Shown here: one piece after another, positions 1 through 11,480 of the stretch | How the letters are laid out: every line of letters starts with the position of its first letter | Numbering within the stretch: the first letter of the stretch is position 1 | Assembly (NCBI RefSeq): GCF_018143015.1 | Contig: NC_054751.1 | Span: forward strand, 28,449,438-28,513,437 | From: Lytechinus variegatus | Lineage: Eukaryota | Length of the DNA stretch: 64,000 nt | Reading direction: 5' to 3' | Made by a program: the position numbers and the translations under genes | The notes under the pieces: generated by a model | The model's database searches: none | What the model saw: the letters and a program-made list of their open reading frames with translations, nothing else | What the model was told of the DNA's origin: nothing

Positions 1-590
1 TGGTCAGCGATAAAGTAGCTGAAAAATTCTGATCATCGTGCATCATGATTAAAAACGGTTTCAGACCACCAATAATTTCAAATAAAAGTGTTTGTAAATA
101 CAACTCCTTGCAGAGAAAAGTTGAAATTTTTATTTTAATCTGTAATCTTGTTTATTGCATAATTTGCAATAAGCGTTCTTTTATTTGATAAATGTTAGTT
201 TATTTTGTAAGATTTGCCAGTAGTTAGGTGAGCCAGATAGTTATAGTAATAGCAGGGCCTGCTGGGAGGACACTTTTTGGAGCTGAATTGGCCTCTACTG
301 GGTAAAAATACCTATATTATTATTATTGTTGTTGTTATTATTGTTATTAGTATTTATTTATAACTGACAATACTACCTTATTTACATAAACCTACAAATA
401 AATGAATAGTGCATAGTTTTTATTCAATTTAGCTTTAAGACAACTAACTTGGCCTTAACAAATTTTGTATTTCTGTGAAATTGTGATCACCACTCAGAAG
501 TCTCTAGCTGACATGTTGTCTCTCATAATTCTGTCACAAACATAAGATTTCTTAATCATATTACCCTCATTTATTTTGCTTTTTCCACAG

Positions 591-681
591 TGAAAGGCAA
601 TGAGATGGCCAGCGAGGGAAACTACCATGCAGCTATCAAATTTTTCTCAAAAGCAATAGACCTAAATCCATTGGATTTCAG
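591..681 (+). CDS. Gene 1 exon (TPR motif), 5'-truncated gene: TPR/RRM/CCCH zinc-finger protein
   Basis: Acceptor ttttccacAG at 589-590, donor GTAAGA at 682. Translation xKGNEMASEGNYHAAIKFFSKAIDLNPLDF(R) is a canonical TPR helix pattern. Phase links to the next exon (AG|g = R). Confidence 0.75.
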
Positions 682-1091
682 GTAAGATCTTGGTCCATTT
701 CCTCAAGGCTAAATAATTGATTTTAGGACCTATCTTTACAACTGATGGTATCAATCATTCATACTAATCAGTGTCACGTTTAATTGCTGTGTACTGTACT
801 GCATGGTGCAGGTCATCTGAAAGGGCAGGTAACGAACAAAAAGTTGAGTTTGAGAGTTGCCAATTCTAGGCAACCTTGCCAATGGGAGGATTGCCATCGA
901 AAGTTAATAAAGACAATCCTAACTCTCATAACGTCATCATTCTGTAATGGATTGTGACAAATTATTTTAAAAATGCTTAAACTCTTAGTCTCCATTTTCA
1001 GTTTATATGTATTTCCCCAGGGTTTTGAAGCTTCATATCCCATTAATTTTTCAGCAATATAAGATTAAAGTAAATATGAAATAAATAAATT

Positions 1092-1310
1092 GCAGAGCGT
1101 TGTGGCCCAGTGGATAAGTCTTCTGACTTTGAAACAGGGTCGTGGGTTGGAATCCCAGCCATGGCATGATTTCCTTCAGCAAGAAATTTATCCACATTTG
1201 CTGCACTCAACCCAGGTGAGGTGAAGGGGTACCCGGCATGATTAATTCCTTGAATGCATGAGTGCTGAAAGGCAGCTCGAGCTAAACCCTGGGTAATAAT
1301 GATAATGCGC
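1092..1310 (+). mobile_element. tRNA-derived SINE, family A (full copy)
   Basis: The tRNA-like head GCAGAGCGTTGTGGCCCAGTGGATAAGTCTTCTGACTTTGAAACAGGGTCGTGGGTTGGAATCCCAGCCATGGCA carries A and B boxes, followed by a conserved body ending in ...GGGTAATAATGATAATGCGC. Related copies are at 30701-30905(+), 34056-34280(-), 35040-35165(+), 39345-39540(-) and 52795-52920. Confidence 0.8.
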
Positions 1311-1475
1311 CATATTTCTAGAAATATATGTGTCATATATTTAGAAATAGAATATTTCTAGATATATGAAACTATGTAAATGCCTATTATTACATGTATT
1401 TATTATTATTAATATTTTTGTGCTTTGTCGGAATGAGCATTAACTGTCCATCTCTCCTCTTGTTTTCTTTGACAG

Positions 1476-1526
1476 GTTCTTTGGAAATCGCTCTTTTTGT
1501 TATGATCATTTACAAATGTATGACCA
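1476..1526 (+). CDS. Gene 1 exon (TPR)
   Basis: Acceptor ttgacAG, donor GTAAGT at 1527. Encodes RFFGNRSFCYDHLQMYD, a TPR consensus continuing from the previous exon. Confidence 0.7.
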
Positions 1527-2618
1527 GTAAGTTTAAATCCCTTTAAAATCCTTTAGGCTTTGTACAGTGCAATTCCATAAAATGATCAACCTTTTTTCTC
1601 CAGTCTTTCTTTACGCCATAAACCAACCAAGTCATGATATTTTGAGAACATTACAGACTATCAAAAGAACAAGAAATCACAGACAGAAAATTAAATGAAG
1701 GTCCCATAGGGGGTCGGACATACATAATTCATGGAATTGCCCTACAGGGACAACTGGATCCTAGTAGCTATTTGGTTAATTTGTTGACTACATAAGCTTT
1801 GTACATTGACCTTCCAGTGCCAGGTGGAAACTGTCTATAAAACCTGTTTGTGAATTAGAACTTGAAATTATTATGAGTATTGAAAGTGGCTATAATAGTT
1901 TTATGACCAAGAATCATTTCATAATCTCGTCTTTAGCAATAATAAAAGTTTGGGGAAAACGTGTTCAGCCGCAATTGTCCTGCGGAAGAATTTAGTTAAT
2001 CGATGTGATTTTGGTGATTGCATTGCTTTTTTGGTGATTGCATTGCTTTTCAGCAAGACTAGTTCTTATGTGCATCATAGACAGCCCTTTTGAGATGTTG
2101 CTGTCAGTCATCACCCAAATTTACAACCAGAATCACATTCATCTTTAAAGATAGATGCCAGTTGTAGTAACAACTTCAAAATGAGTTCTTAAAGAATCCA
2201 ATAAAACTACCACGAAAATGTCTGTGCTTATGAATAAAGTGTATGCGCCAATGGATTCAGGAATGAATTGTGTAATTGCTGTGTGATTTCTCAGCTAAGG
2301 TTTCGTAAGTTTACAAAGTTCAGTTTATGTAACCACCAGGGGCCCGTTTCATAAAACTTGTTACAATAACAAATTTGCAATAACAGTTAAAAGCTACCGA
2401 AATGCTTCCATTTGATTGGCTGATAGCAGATTTGTTAAAGAAATTTTGTATTTGTTATTATAACAAATCTTTATGAAACGGAACCCAGATCTCAATCCAG
2501 GGTGAAACAGTGACAATTGACATGGTTTACAAACTTTCTAATGGAACCAGTGTTCATTGCTGTTATTTTCATTCATCTTTAATAACATAATGCATGTTTT
2601 TTTTTATTCTTCAAACAG

Positions 2619-2709
2619 TGCACTAAGTGATGCTGACCAAGCAATCCTCTTGGACAAGACATGGCCAAAGGGTCACTACCGAAAAGGCCGTGCCTTGAGT
2701 GGTCTTAAA
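2619..2709 (+). CDS. Gene 1 exon (TPR)
   Basis: Acceptor tcaaacAG, donor GTGAGT at 2710. Encodes HALSDADQAILLDKTWPKGHYRKGRALSGLK, a TPR. Confidence 0.75.
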
Positions 2710-2760
2710 GTGAGTCAGAGTTTCTTATCAGAGCTTAATGTCAATCCAAGGCCAGGTGGG

Positions 2761-2925
2761 CATTTCATAAAGCTGTTCGTAAGTTAAGAGCGACTTAAAG
2801 AACAACTGGTGATCCTTTCTTGTGGTAAATGGTACACTGTATATACATTGGCGATGGTTTAGCATGTAAGAAAGGATCACCAGTTCTTAAAGTCGCTCTT
2901 AACTTACGAACAGCTTAATGAAATG
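2761..2925. mobile_element. Palindromic MITE (TTTCATAAAGCTGTTCGTAAGT...ACTTACGAACAGCTTTATGAAA)
   Basis: The sequence is almost perfectly self-complementary for about 160 bp. A second copy is at 50614-50773. Other TTTCATAAA...TTTATGAAACGG MITEs are at 2339-2486, 6451-6605 and 13604-13752. Confidence 0.7.
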
Positions 2926-3142
2926 GCCCCCTGGACTGGTATGGGGGTATCAAATTCTTACTGCCCCACATTGTTGTTCCCCTTTTTGTCTCGCCTGAAC
3001 GAAGTTCGGCAGAGACCTAGTAATCACTTTCTGATTAGTCTGTTGGTCTGTTAAAAAATGCTTAAAGTTTTTGTTCAACTTGCTCTCATTTCTTTATCTC
3101 AGCATCAATGAAATGCCTAATGATCTTTCTCTTTGTTTTCAG

Positions 3143-3247
3143 CTTTATACAAATGCAGAGGCATCCTTTGAGCATGTCTTGAAACTTGATAAAAACTGTG
3201 CTGAAGCAATCCAAGAGCTGAGGACAGTCAGAGTCTATCGGCTTATG
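3143..3247 (+). CDS. Gene 1 exon (TPR capping helix)
   Basis: Acceptor ctttgttttcAG, donor GTGAGT at 3248. Encodes LYTNAEASFEHVLKLDKNCAEAIQELRTVRVYRLM. Confidence 0.75.
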
Positions 3248-4441
3248 GTGAGTGTTTAATCTTATTGGTCTACACCAGCTTGGTCTACTTTCTGTTTCGT
3301 CTGATCCCATATGGTCTATTCCTTCTTTTCCTTCAAGTTCGTCTCAATGCCTTAATTCAGCATTTTGCCTAATTTCCAGTTGGGCTTTACACATTTAATC
3401 TAATATTCATACCACTTAGTCTAGGTGGTTAGATGAACTGTTTTTTAACCAAATTTCATTTTGACAAATTGAAAAATGACCCAAGAAGTTATTGGACCAA
3501 CTGGGCATTATGCTTGATGGGAAAAAGACGAAGTACTTTAGGTATTAGACCAAGTATGAGGTATAACTTCAGTGAGATTGAAGGTACTGTGGTCAAGTAT
3601 TCTAGGGCCTGGTCTAGCACCTGATTTGAGCCTTAAAAGACAGGATTGCGATCCCTAGACTGTCTTACAAACCCATCACTCCCATTAAAGGGTCTGAATG
3701 CACAGACTACAATGAATAATGTAGTGAAGACGCTCTTGAAATTGAAATATCATATTTTATATTCTTGTTTTCTGTGAACTTCCAATTGTTAAAGTTTCAA
3801 TCAGGGCCTTTGCCTGCAGACTATGTGATCTCTGTCACAGCAGTTCTATGGAGCAAGGCATTTTAACGTCTTTGTTCTTATATTGCCATTACACAAACCG
3901 CAATGTGGCTGCAATGATGCATCACCTCTCTGCTCCAGTCTTGCATCAGTTCATTTTTGTAATTGACTAGGACTCGCTGCTGGTTTTTTCGTTATAAAAA
4001 ACTTCCATCAGTTGATAAAAGAGCAAGAACTAAAAAAAAGACCAGTGTGTAGGCGGTGGCTGACCTCCAGCATCAGACTCGTTGCTGACATTTTGCGTAA
4101 CATCATCAGACTTGTAAAAGGCAAAAGCTGGAGCCTCTGTTTAGATAATAGGCTAGTATTGGTATGGCTTTCTAGGGTTATTCTTTGAACATTATGATAC
4201 TTTTGGAAAATAGCACTGTATCTCTACATTCTGATATTACGATAGCAATGATAATAATGCATCTTGGGTGCAAATAGCGACACTGTACTCTTCGAAGATC
4301 CCAAGGTGCTAAGTGCATATATTACCGTGGCTGTAGAATAAAATTGTTTCAAAGAAAGAATATTCATATACCCATTTACTACACCTGGGTTTAGTGCAGC
4401 ACAATGTGGATGAATAATGCCGTTCCCTTCTTCCCTTACAG

Positions 4442-4620
4442 GAAATGGGTTTTGGTGCACAACAAAGCGAAGCAGCTATCTTACAATTTGACACAGTGCA
4501 AGCAGCACTGGAAAACCTACTCGCACAAGGGGATCTACCCGTCAACGGGGAAATGGATGAAGTTTACGTCTCAGACGAAGAAGATTACATAACCCAAACC
4601 ATTCAAGAGAGCAAGCTTGA
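4442..4620 (+). CDS. Gene 1 exon (linker, acidic)
   Basis: Acceptor cccttacAG, donor GTAAGT at 4621. The ORF is continuous and in phase with its neighbours: EMGFGAQQSEAAILQFDTVQAALENLLAQGDLPVNGEMDEVYVSDEEDYITQTIQESKLE. Confidence 0.65.
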
Positions 4621-5221
4621 GTAAGTCCTTTGATTTAATCTCTTCTTATCATGACATTGGCAATAGTCATTAATTTTCTATACATTTGCATACTTTGAGA
4701 AAATGGAATATGAATATAAAGCATGGGTCACAATTGTAATTTCAAAGTTTAATTTTAAGATTGCCAATTTGCATTTTTAGATTATGATTGTATATACTTT
4801 TGTTGCGTTGCCAATTTTGAGAATTTCTATGAGGAGGACTACGTAACCCAAAATAGTACTTTAACCCATAGACATACAAAAGTTTGACTTCATCAGCTTT
4901 CTCTCAAATTGGTATTTTATTTTTCTTGCTATCTTACATAGTTAAAAAAAGAACAAACATATGGTTGAAAAAAATCATTGCAAAATTAAATTTTGAAATT
5001 GCTAGATTGCATTCTAAAATAGTGGTTTTATATTTTTGGTATTTCCAATTTTAAGAGCAAAATGATTGAGAAAAAGTGATTCGGCTTTCATATTACTTAT
5101 GACCTTCACTCTTAGATTTTTAATGATCCATTTATGTAATAAGAAATATCACATATGGTACAGTAATCCCGGTCTTAATGGGGTTCACTACTAGTTCCAT
5201 GATGTTTTCTTTGAACTCCAG

Positions 5222-5311
5222 CTCAAGAAATCCTGAAAATTTGAAATCCTTGTGGATAGGTAATCTACAACCAACAGTTACTGAAAAGGAATTAAAGGAC
5301 CTTTTTAAACC
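5222..5311 (+). CDS. Gene 1 exon (RRM N-terminal half, RNP2-like LWIGNL)
   Basis: Acceptor ctccAG, donor GTGAGT at 5312. Encodes DSRNPENLKSLWIGNLQPTVTEKELKDLFKP; LWIGNL is an RNP2-type hexamer. Confidence 0.75.
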
Positions 5312-5818
5312 GTGAGTATAATTGTTTTGATGTTTTAAGCTGCAGTATGGTAATTCATTTTTAATTGATTTAAAACATTATGCACATATATGTATGTCAT
5401 ATGAATTGTCTCGTATCTATTAGTGACTAGTTCATACACATCTGAAGTATTGAAATTGGTTATTGCTTGAAATATCCTACATAAAATAAAGTTTCTCATG
5501 TTATTTTGCATCTGGCCACATTTGGTTGCTGAAAGCATTATGTTTTAGGGCCATCTGTCTGTATTCACTCTCATGGTAACTAAAGAGCTGTTTGATGGAT
5601 CAACTTAAAACTTTCTCCAAGTACACATATAGGAGTGATGATGACCTAATAAGTTTCACGGGTAACAGCGTCATTGTAGAGGTTCTGGCTATCGTATACC
5701 TGAAAGTATCCTATTCTTGAGATAACTAAGGAACCATTTGAGGGTTCAACTTCAAACTTGACTCAGAAGTGATATGATTGTGTTTATGTAATACTATGAT
5801 CTTTATTTGTGTTGACAG

Positions 5819-5921
5819 ATTTGGCGAGGTCTCCAGTATGAGACGAATGCCAGAAAAGTTTTGTGCCTTTGTTAATTACAAGGACCCCAGAATGGCCAGC
5901 AGAGCTATGGACAAACTACAG
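5819..5921 (+). CDS. Gene 1 exon (RRM C-terminal half, RNP1-like KFCAFVNY)
   Basis: Acceptor gttgacAG, donor GTATGC at 5922. Encodes PFGEVSSMRRMPEKFCAFVNYKDPRMASRAMDKLQ. Confidence 0.75.
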
Positions 5922-6244
5922 GTATGCGTGAGCACTTCTTGATTGCTTAGATAGAAATATATGAGTCATCGTAATGTCCCAGAGATTCTGAATAGTATTT
6001 TACGTTAAATTTGATTAATCTGGGGTCAAATGGATTAATTTCCTTCACCAAAAAATTGATCCGCACTGTGCTATACAGGTAAGGTATATGGGTACCTTGC
6101 AGGAATTTATTCATAAAAGCTTTGAGCGAGTAACAGTAGCTTGGCTAAAGCCAGGCTTAAGCCAAGGTAATTATGCTGTATTTACTGTAGAGCGAATAGA
6201 CTCTGATAAAAAGTTGTTGATCACCACACAAGCAAGTACAGTTG

Positions 6245-6440
6245 TTAATCAGCTCAGTCAGTAGAGCATTTTTAGATTCCGGTGAGCTGAGTTTGATTCC
6301 CCCATGGTGCTCTAGAGCCTCTTGGTATGGCATTAATCCTCAATACCAGGTCCCTCGGAGAGGATCTTGTGCTGTAATTCGTCTGGTTGGTTGCTTGCTT
6401 ACAAGCATTCATGCTTTCTTAGCAATGTGGTAAAAAAAAA
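6245..6440 (+). mobile_element. tRNA-derived SINE, family D (poly-A tail)
   Basis: AGCTCAGTCAGTAGAGCATTTTTAGATTCCGGTGAGCTGAGTTTGATTCCCCC is a tRNA-like head. The element ends in A9 at 6430-6440. Confidence 0.6.
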
Positions 6441-6682
6441 TCATCACCTTGGGCCCGTTTCATAAAGAGTTACAACAGCTGCATCTTTGCCATAATGGTA
6501 ACTACCAGGGTAACCTTGATTATGAGTGGCTGCTGAGACTTGTTACCATGGTAGTTGCCATAATGGCAAAGTTACAACAGTTGTAACTCTTTAGGAAACG
6601 GGCCCTATAACTTTGTTCCATGATGTCACTTCACTATGGTGACAAATGGTTCTCTCTCTCTCTATCTGTATCTTGATTTCAG

Positions 6683-6888
6683 GGTCGGGAACTGCATGGG
6701 AAGCAGCTACTAATAAAATTCCCAGACAACCCTATAGAACAACAAACCGCTCCAGTCAACGACCACCAGGAGTATGTGGACATGCGCTACAAGAACCTGA
6801 TCCTCAGGAAACCACAGGCGCAGATGTCGGCCAGCAAAGTCAACAACAACAATGTTAACAAGAAAACCAAGCAGCAAATAGACCCAGC
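6683..6888 (+). CDS. Gene 1 exon (end of RRM plus low-complexity linker)
   Basis: Acceptor tcttgatttcAG, donor GTAAGT at 6889. Encodes GRELHGKQLLIKFPDNP...NNNNVNKKTKQQIDP. Confidence 0.7.
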
Positions 6889-7357
6889 GTAAGTACAGAG
6901 GGCTGGAATTTTTGTCGTGCTTTTGTTTTTACCAATGTTCGAGGTTTGTGAACCATGTTGACTACGTCCTCAAGTTTCCGGTCCAAAGGTTCACCACCTT
7001 TGTCAAAGTGGTTGAGAAATATAAAGGAGATTAAAGGGATGGTCTGGGCTGAAAGTATTTATAGCTTAATAAATAGAGTAGAATTCACTGAGCAAAATTC
7101 CCAAAATGTAGCTTCCATTAGGGAGCTGCGTGTATTAGATATTGGGTCTCCCAGATCCAGATAAATCCCTCATCCAGATTGGTGCTGGTCCCAACGTGTC
7201 CGGATAAGAGAGGTTGGACTGTATGATTAAAGGACCAAAATTGGACTTTATAGATGGGTAGTTGCTAGAGCAGTTCTGACTGAAATTTGAAAGATTGTTC
7301 CTAAATGTTCCTCTGTCTTTCTTCTTTATCTCTCTTTCTTGGTTCCAATGCTAAAAG

Positions 7358-7481
7358 GTTCAAGATGTCTGGACCAGTAAACGGTGATGAATGTTACTTC
7401 TGGAGGACCACAGGTTGCTGGTATGCTGAGCGTTGCCGCTACAAACATCTACCCGAATCCAAGGGCATCGACAGGAAGTAA
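7358..7481 (+). CDS. Gene 1 terminal exon with CCCH zinc finger; stop TAA 7479-7481
   Basis: Acceptor ctaaaAG. Encodes AFKMSGPVNGDECYFWRTTGCWYAERCRYKHLPESKGIDRK*. C-x7-C-x5-C-x3-H is a textbook CCCH finger. The reading phase is consistent across all nine exons. Confidence 0.75.
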
Positions 7482-8442
7482 TTGCGCCCTCTACAGCCCG
7501 AGGTTGAATGTTGTTTGACAACAAAGATTCAAGAGTGGAAGCTTTTTTTTTTTTTTTTTTAATGTCCCATACGTGAAAAAAAAAGAAAATTCACTTACGG
7601 GATAAAACTTGAAAGACATTGGACGAAAGAGTCCCCTTTTTATATATAAATATGTAGACATTAATATAAAACAGGGGTCTTAGAAGAACAAAATGACATA
7701 CCCTGACTTGACTTTTTATATTGGTGGGATCGTTTTTTTTTTTCCTTTAAAAGATGCTTTTGCTATACTGAGCAGTGGAAAAAGAAAAAAAATTGAGCAA
7801 CGTTTATGAACAAGTTGGAGGAAGAAGTTGTTTGGAGAGAAACGAGCGACAACACCAAACAGAGCAAGCGGACGACACGTCTGAATATGGCACGTGAGAC
7901 CTTCATTGAAGGACAGCTGCAGAGAAGGTGTAGAAGAAATATCAACTTCAGAGTCACATCAGCGCAGCAATGGCTGTTGTACCAAAGGTGCTTATGATAA
8001 AGTTATCCTATGGGGAGTTGACTAGAGGAAGATGTCTGATTATGAAATAATATTTACTATTTAATAACATAACTGATGTTTCTAGACATGTGATAGAGTG
8101 ATCGCTATCTTTTTATTCCAGACCAAAATTGTGCATCTCCAGCTAATAAGTGAAGGATCTCGCATCAATCGCCTTTGTGAAAACGTGTACCCGATTCAAT
8201 ATGTGCAGCAATGAAACATAAAATGCAATGATTTTTAAAAATTTCTTACCAAACGTACATCCTAATTCAATTAGCAAGAAGTGGCAGAATATATTCAATC
8301 AAGCAATTAAAGTCTATCATTTTTCAGAAGTCAGATTTTTTGTTCTGTTGAAGTTGAGCACACAGGCAAGAGATGAAATCATCATATGCAGAAATGGATG
8401 TTGTTCATAAATTCTCCCTACTGCCAGTACAATATTAGCCAA

Positions 8443-8943
8443 TTTAAAGAGGAAGTTCACCTTGAAGAAAAGTTTGTTGTAAAACTAGCAGAAAAGATAT
8501 TTAAAAATATTGGTGAAGGTTTGAGAAAAATCGGTTAAGAGATTAAGAAAGTTATTAGAAATGTAAGTTTTGGATTTGTGATATCATAAACGAGCAGGTG
8601 CCCCTTATCTTGTATGAAATGCATGGATTTCATTTTATAATGGTTCCTGAGGACTTTTTTGCTTTCTTTTCATGATCGGGTGTGAAATGATTTGTCTATT
8701 GATATTCAAAAGGTACAGTAAAAACCATTTTCAAATTTCAGAGAAAAAAAATCATTTCATTGATTTTTTTTTACCATTCGCTATTAGGAATGCTGCTCGC
8801 ATAGGACGTCACAAATAAAATTATTGAAATTCTAAGAACTTTTTTATTCTTGGATGGATTTATCTCAAACCTTTGGCAATATTTTTTATTTTTTCTGCTA
8901 TTTTTACAATAAAATTTTTGTCAGGGTGAACTTCCCCTTTAAA
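8443..8943. mobile_element. MITE family with TIR AAAGGGGAAGTTCACCCTGA
   Basis: Start AAAGAGGAAGTTCACCTTGAAGAAAAGTTTGTTGTAAAA; the end is the reverse-complement TTTTTACAATAAAATTTTTGTCAGGGTGAACTTCCCCTTTAAA. Other copies are at 9910-10341, 14297-14583 and 36189-36512 (MVP intron 16). Confidence 0.75.
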
Positions 8944-11434
8944 GAAGGTGATGAATCTCTTATTACAGCAGTAAGATTATTAGCTGATGAAAGAATACGG
9001 AGATTAATAAGTGTCTAACATTTCCAACATATTCTTAGTATTATATTGTCCACATTCTGAACAGCAATGTTGCACCATCATAATCTGTTGCTAAAAATTT
9101 TATTTTATTCACTTCATGACTTTTTATCTGGCTTGATTTTTTCTGAAATCATTTTTTCTTAAATGAGATCAGTGCTCTGTAAGTCTACTAACGGCAAACC
9201 ATGTACCAAAGTGACAGCCAATTTTAAATATGTATTTACATAACACATTCTTGATCCCCTTTCATAAAGAGATGGGGGTGGTGTTTCTTAACGAGTTCAG
9301 TGTGTCTTAAAGTCGTGCTCAAACACTAACACATAATCTGATTGGTAGTGCACATCCCTTGCGCATGATCAAACCAATGTGGTGATGCATTATATACTGC
9401 ATGCATCTGAGATTTAATCACGACTCTTAATTCTTTGTGATAACACCTCCCTGATTATTGATTACAATCAATCCTAAAATTTAGTACCTGTTCTGCCATA
9501 GACTTGCACAACTGTAATAGCAAAATAATTTGTTCAATTGTATATTTTCTGTTTGGATATACTGTTTTGTAAACTTGTCAGCACTATCAAATACATGATT
9601 TCAATAACAAATTTGACATTCACCAATCAAATTTCATTATTTTATAAGCTTTTAACTTCAACATGAATTGGTCATTGATAACAATTTTCATCAATCAGTA
9701 CCCTAGATCATATTGTATTGCCTTTAACACAAAATGATCCTGTTTCTTGAACCTATTATTGATAGAATATTACAAATTTTTACTGGAAGATAATAAAATC
9801 ATGGCATTTGATTGGCTGATAGAAAAATTGTCATGGCATTTTAGCATTTTATGAACTGGAGATTAGTACTTTTCTGTTTTGTAGAATATTGTATTGGCAA
9901 TAGGGAGATTTAAAGGGGAAGTTCACCCTGACGAAAAGTTTGTTGTAAAAATTACCAGAACAAAATAATAAAAGCATTGTGAAGGTTTGAGGAAAATCCA
10001 TTTAAGATTAAGGAACTTATTAGAATTTTCAGCTGCCCCAGATGTTACATAATATAAATTGCATAAATGTAATTTTTTAAGGGTTCATGATGATTAAAGG
10101 TTTCTTCTAGGAGTGGGGGTGAAATAATTTGTCAATATAGTGAAGGTAAAATAATACCCATTAAAAAATTTTGAGAAAATTACATTTCATTGATTTTTTT
10201 TAAATTCACAAATAAAAAAATGACATTTATGTTTAACTTTTTAAATCTTTGATGGATTTTCCTCAAACCCTCATCAATATTTTTTATTATGTTTTCTGCT
10301 CTTTTTACAATAATTTTTTGTAAGATGAACTTCCCCTTTAACCTTCCATTTTTTGCAAAAAAATATTTTAACTTGGTACTGAACAATGTCACTGTCATTT
10401 TTCTATTTTAGTTTGAGACAGATGTATTTCCTTTTTATGTTCTCTACCACCTACTTATCAACTTGATAGCTTTACGATTTTATCAATTTATAGAAATTAG
10501 GGCTGGTGAAGAATAATATAATCTGATGCTTGAATGTTATCTTACGAATGTTTATTCATTTGAATAACTGTGATATATTTATTGGTCAGGGGAGTCCAGT
10601 CCAGTTTTATCCAAAAGTTACTATAGTAACCATAGTAACTGTGGGTCTCGGCCAATCAAAATCAAGGAAAATTGTCAGATCCTACACCTTGTTGGATGAA
10701 AATGTTGATGAAATGCTCCCTTGGAGAGCAAAAAAGGGGGTAAAGTAATATGATCTGTCTTGAAATAATGGTTTTATTATTTATTTTCCTTCACATTATT
10801 TCATGGTCCACATTCTTGGTAACTTTGCTAACTTTCTGTTTAGTCTGATCACATATGGTCTAATCTCAGTTTTAAAAAATTGGAAAAATTTACAAAGTAT
10901 AAAAAAATTAATATTAAATTATCTGAAGTTGATGTGATAAACTGACATTTCTTTATGCCAAGGAATAAAACATGAGTGACTGTTGAACTCAAATGAGAGG
11001 AAATTTGAATATTTGATTTGATAAGAATTAGATAGTTCCATCAACCTCCCATAAATCAAACTTGTATGAAATGAAAAATCTGGCAAATGTAATAATGACA
11101 CCTTACATATTTTTCAGCCTGTTTTTTTTTAATGACCCTTTAGATTGGACTATTGGAATATTGCATGTGCTTATTTAAATAAGATAAGGATTTATTTATT
11201 TACTATATTATTTAAGATTTTAAGGACTGTGTTTCTTAGGCCTGTATTCTGAGCTCCAATTTGATTTACACTCTGGCCCAAAGTTGTTAAATTATGTATA
11301 ACCAATTGTGATACAAATCTCTGGTACAGTTTCAACTTACCACCTCAATTAATACTAAAATCATTGATAGTTGATTGGGAATAACTACTAAAATAGTTTT
11401 CGTCACATTTAAAACATGGGGGAAATATTGTAAA

Positions 11435-11480
<46 letters not shown>

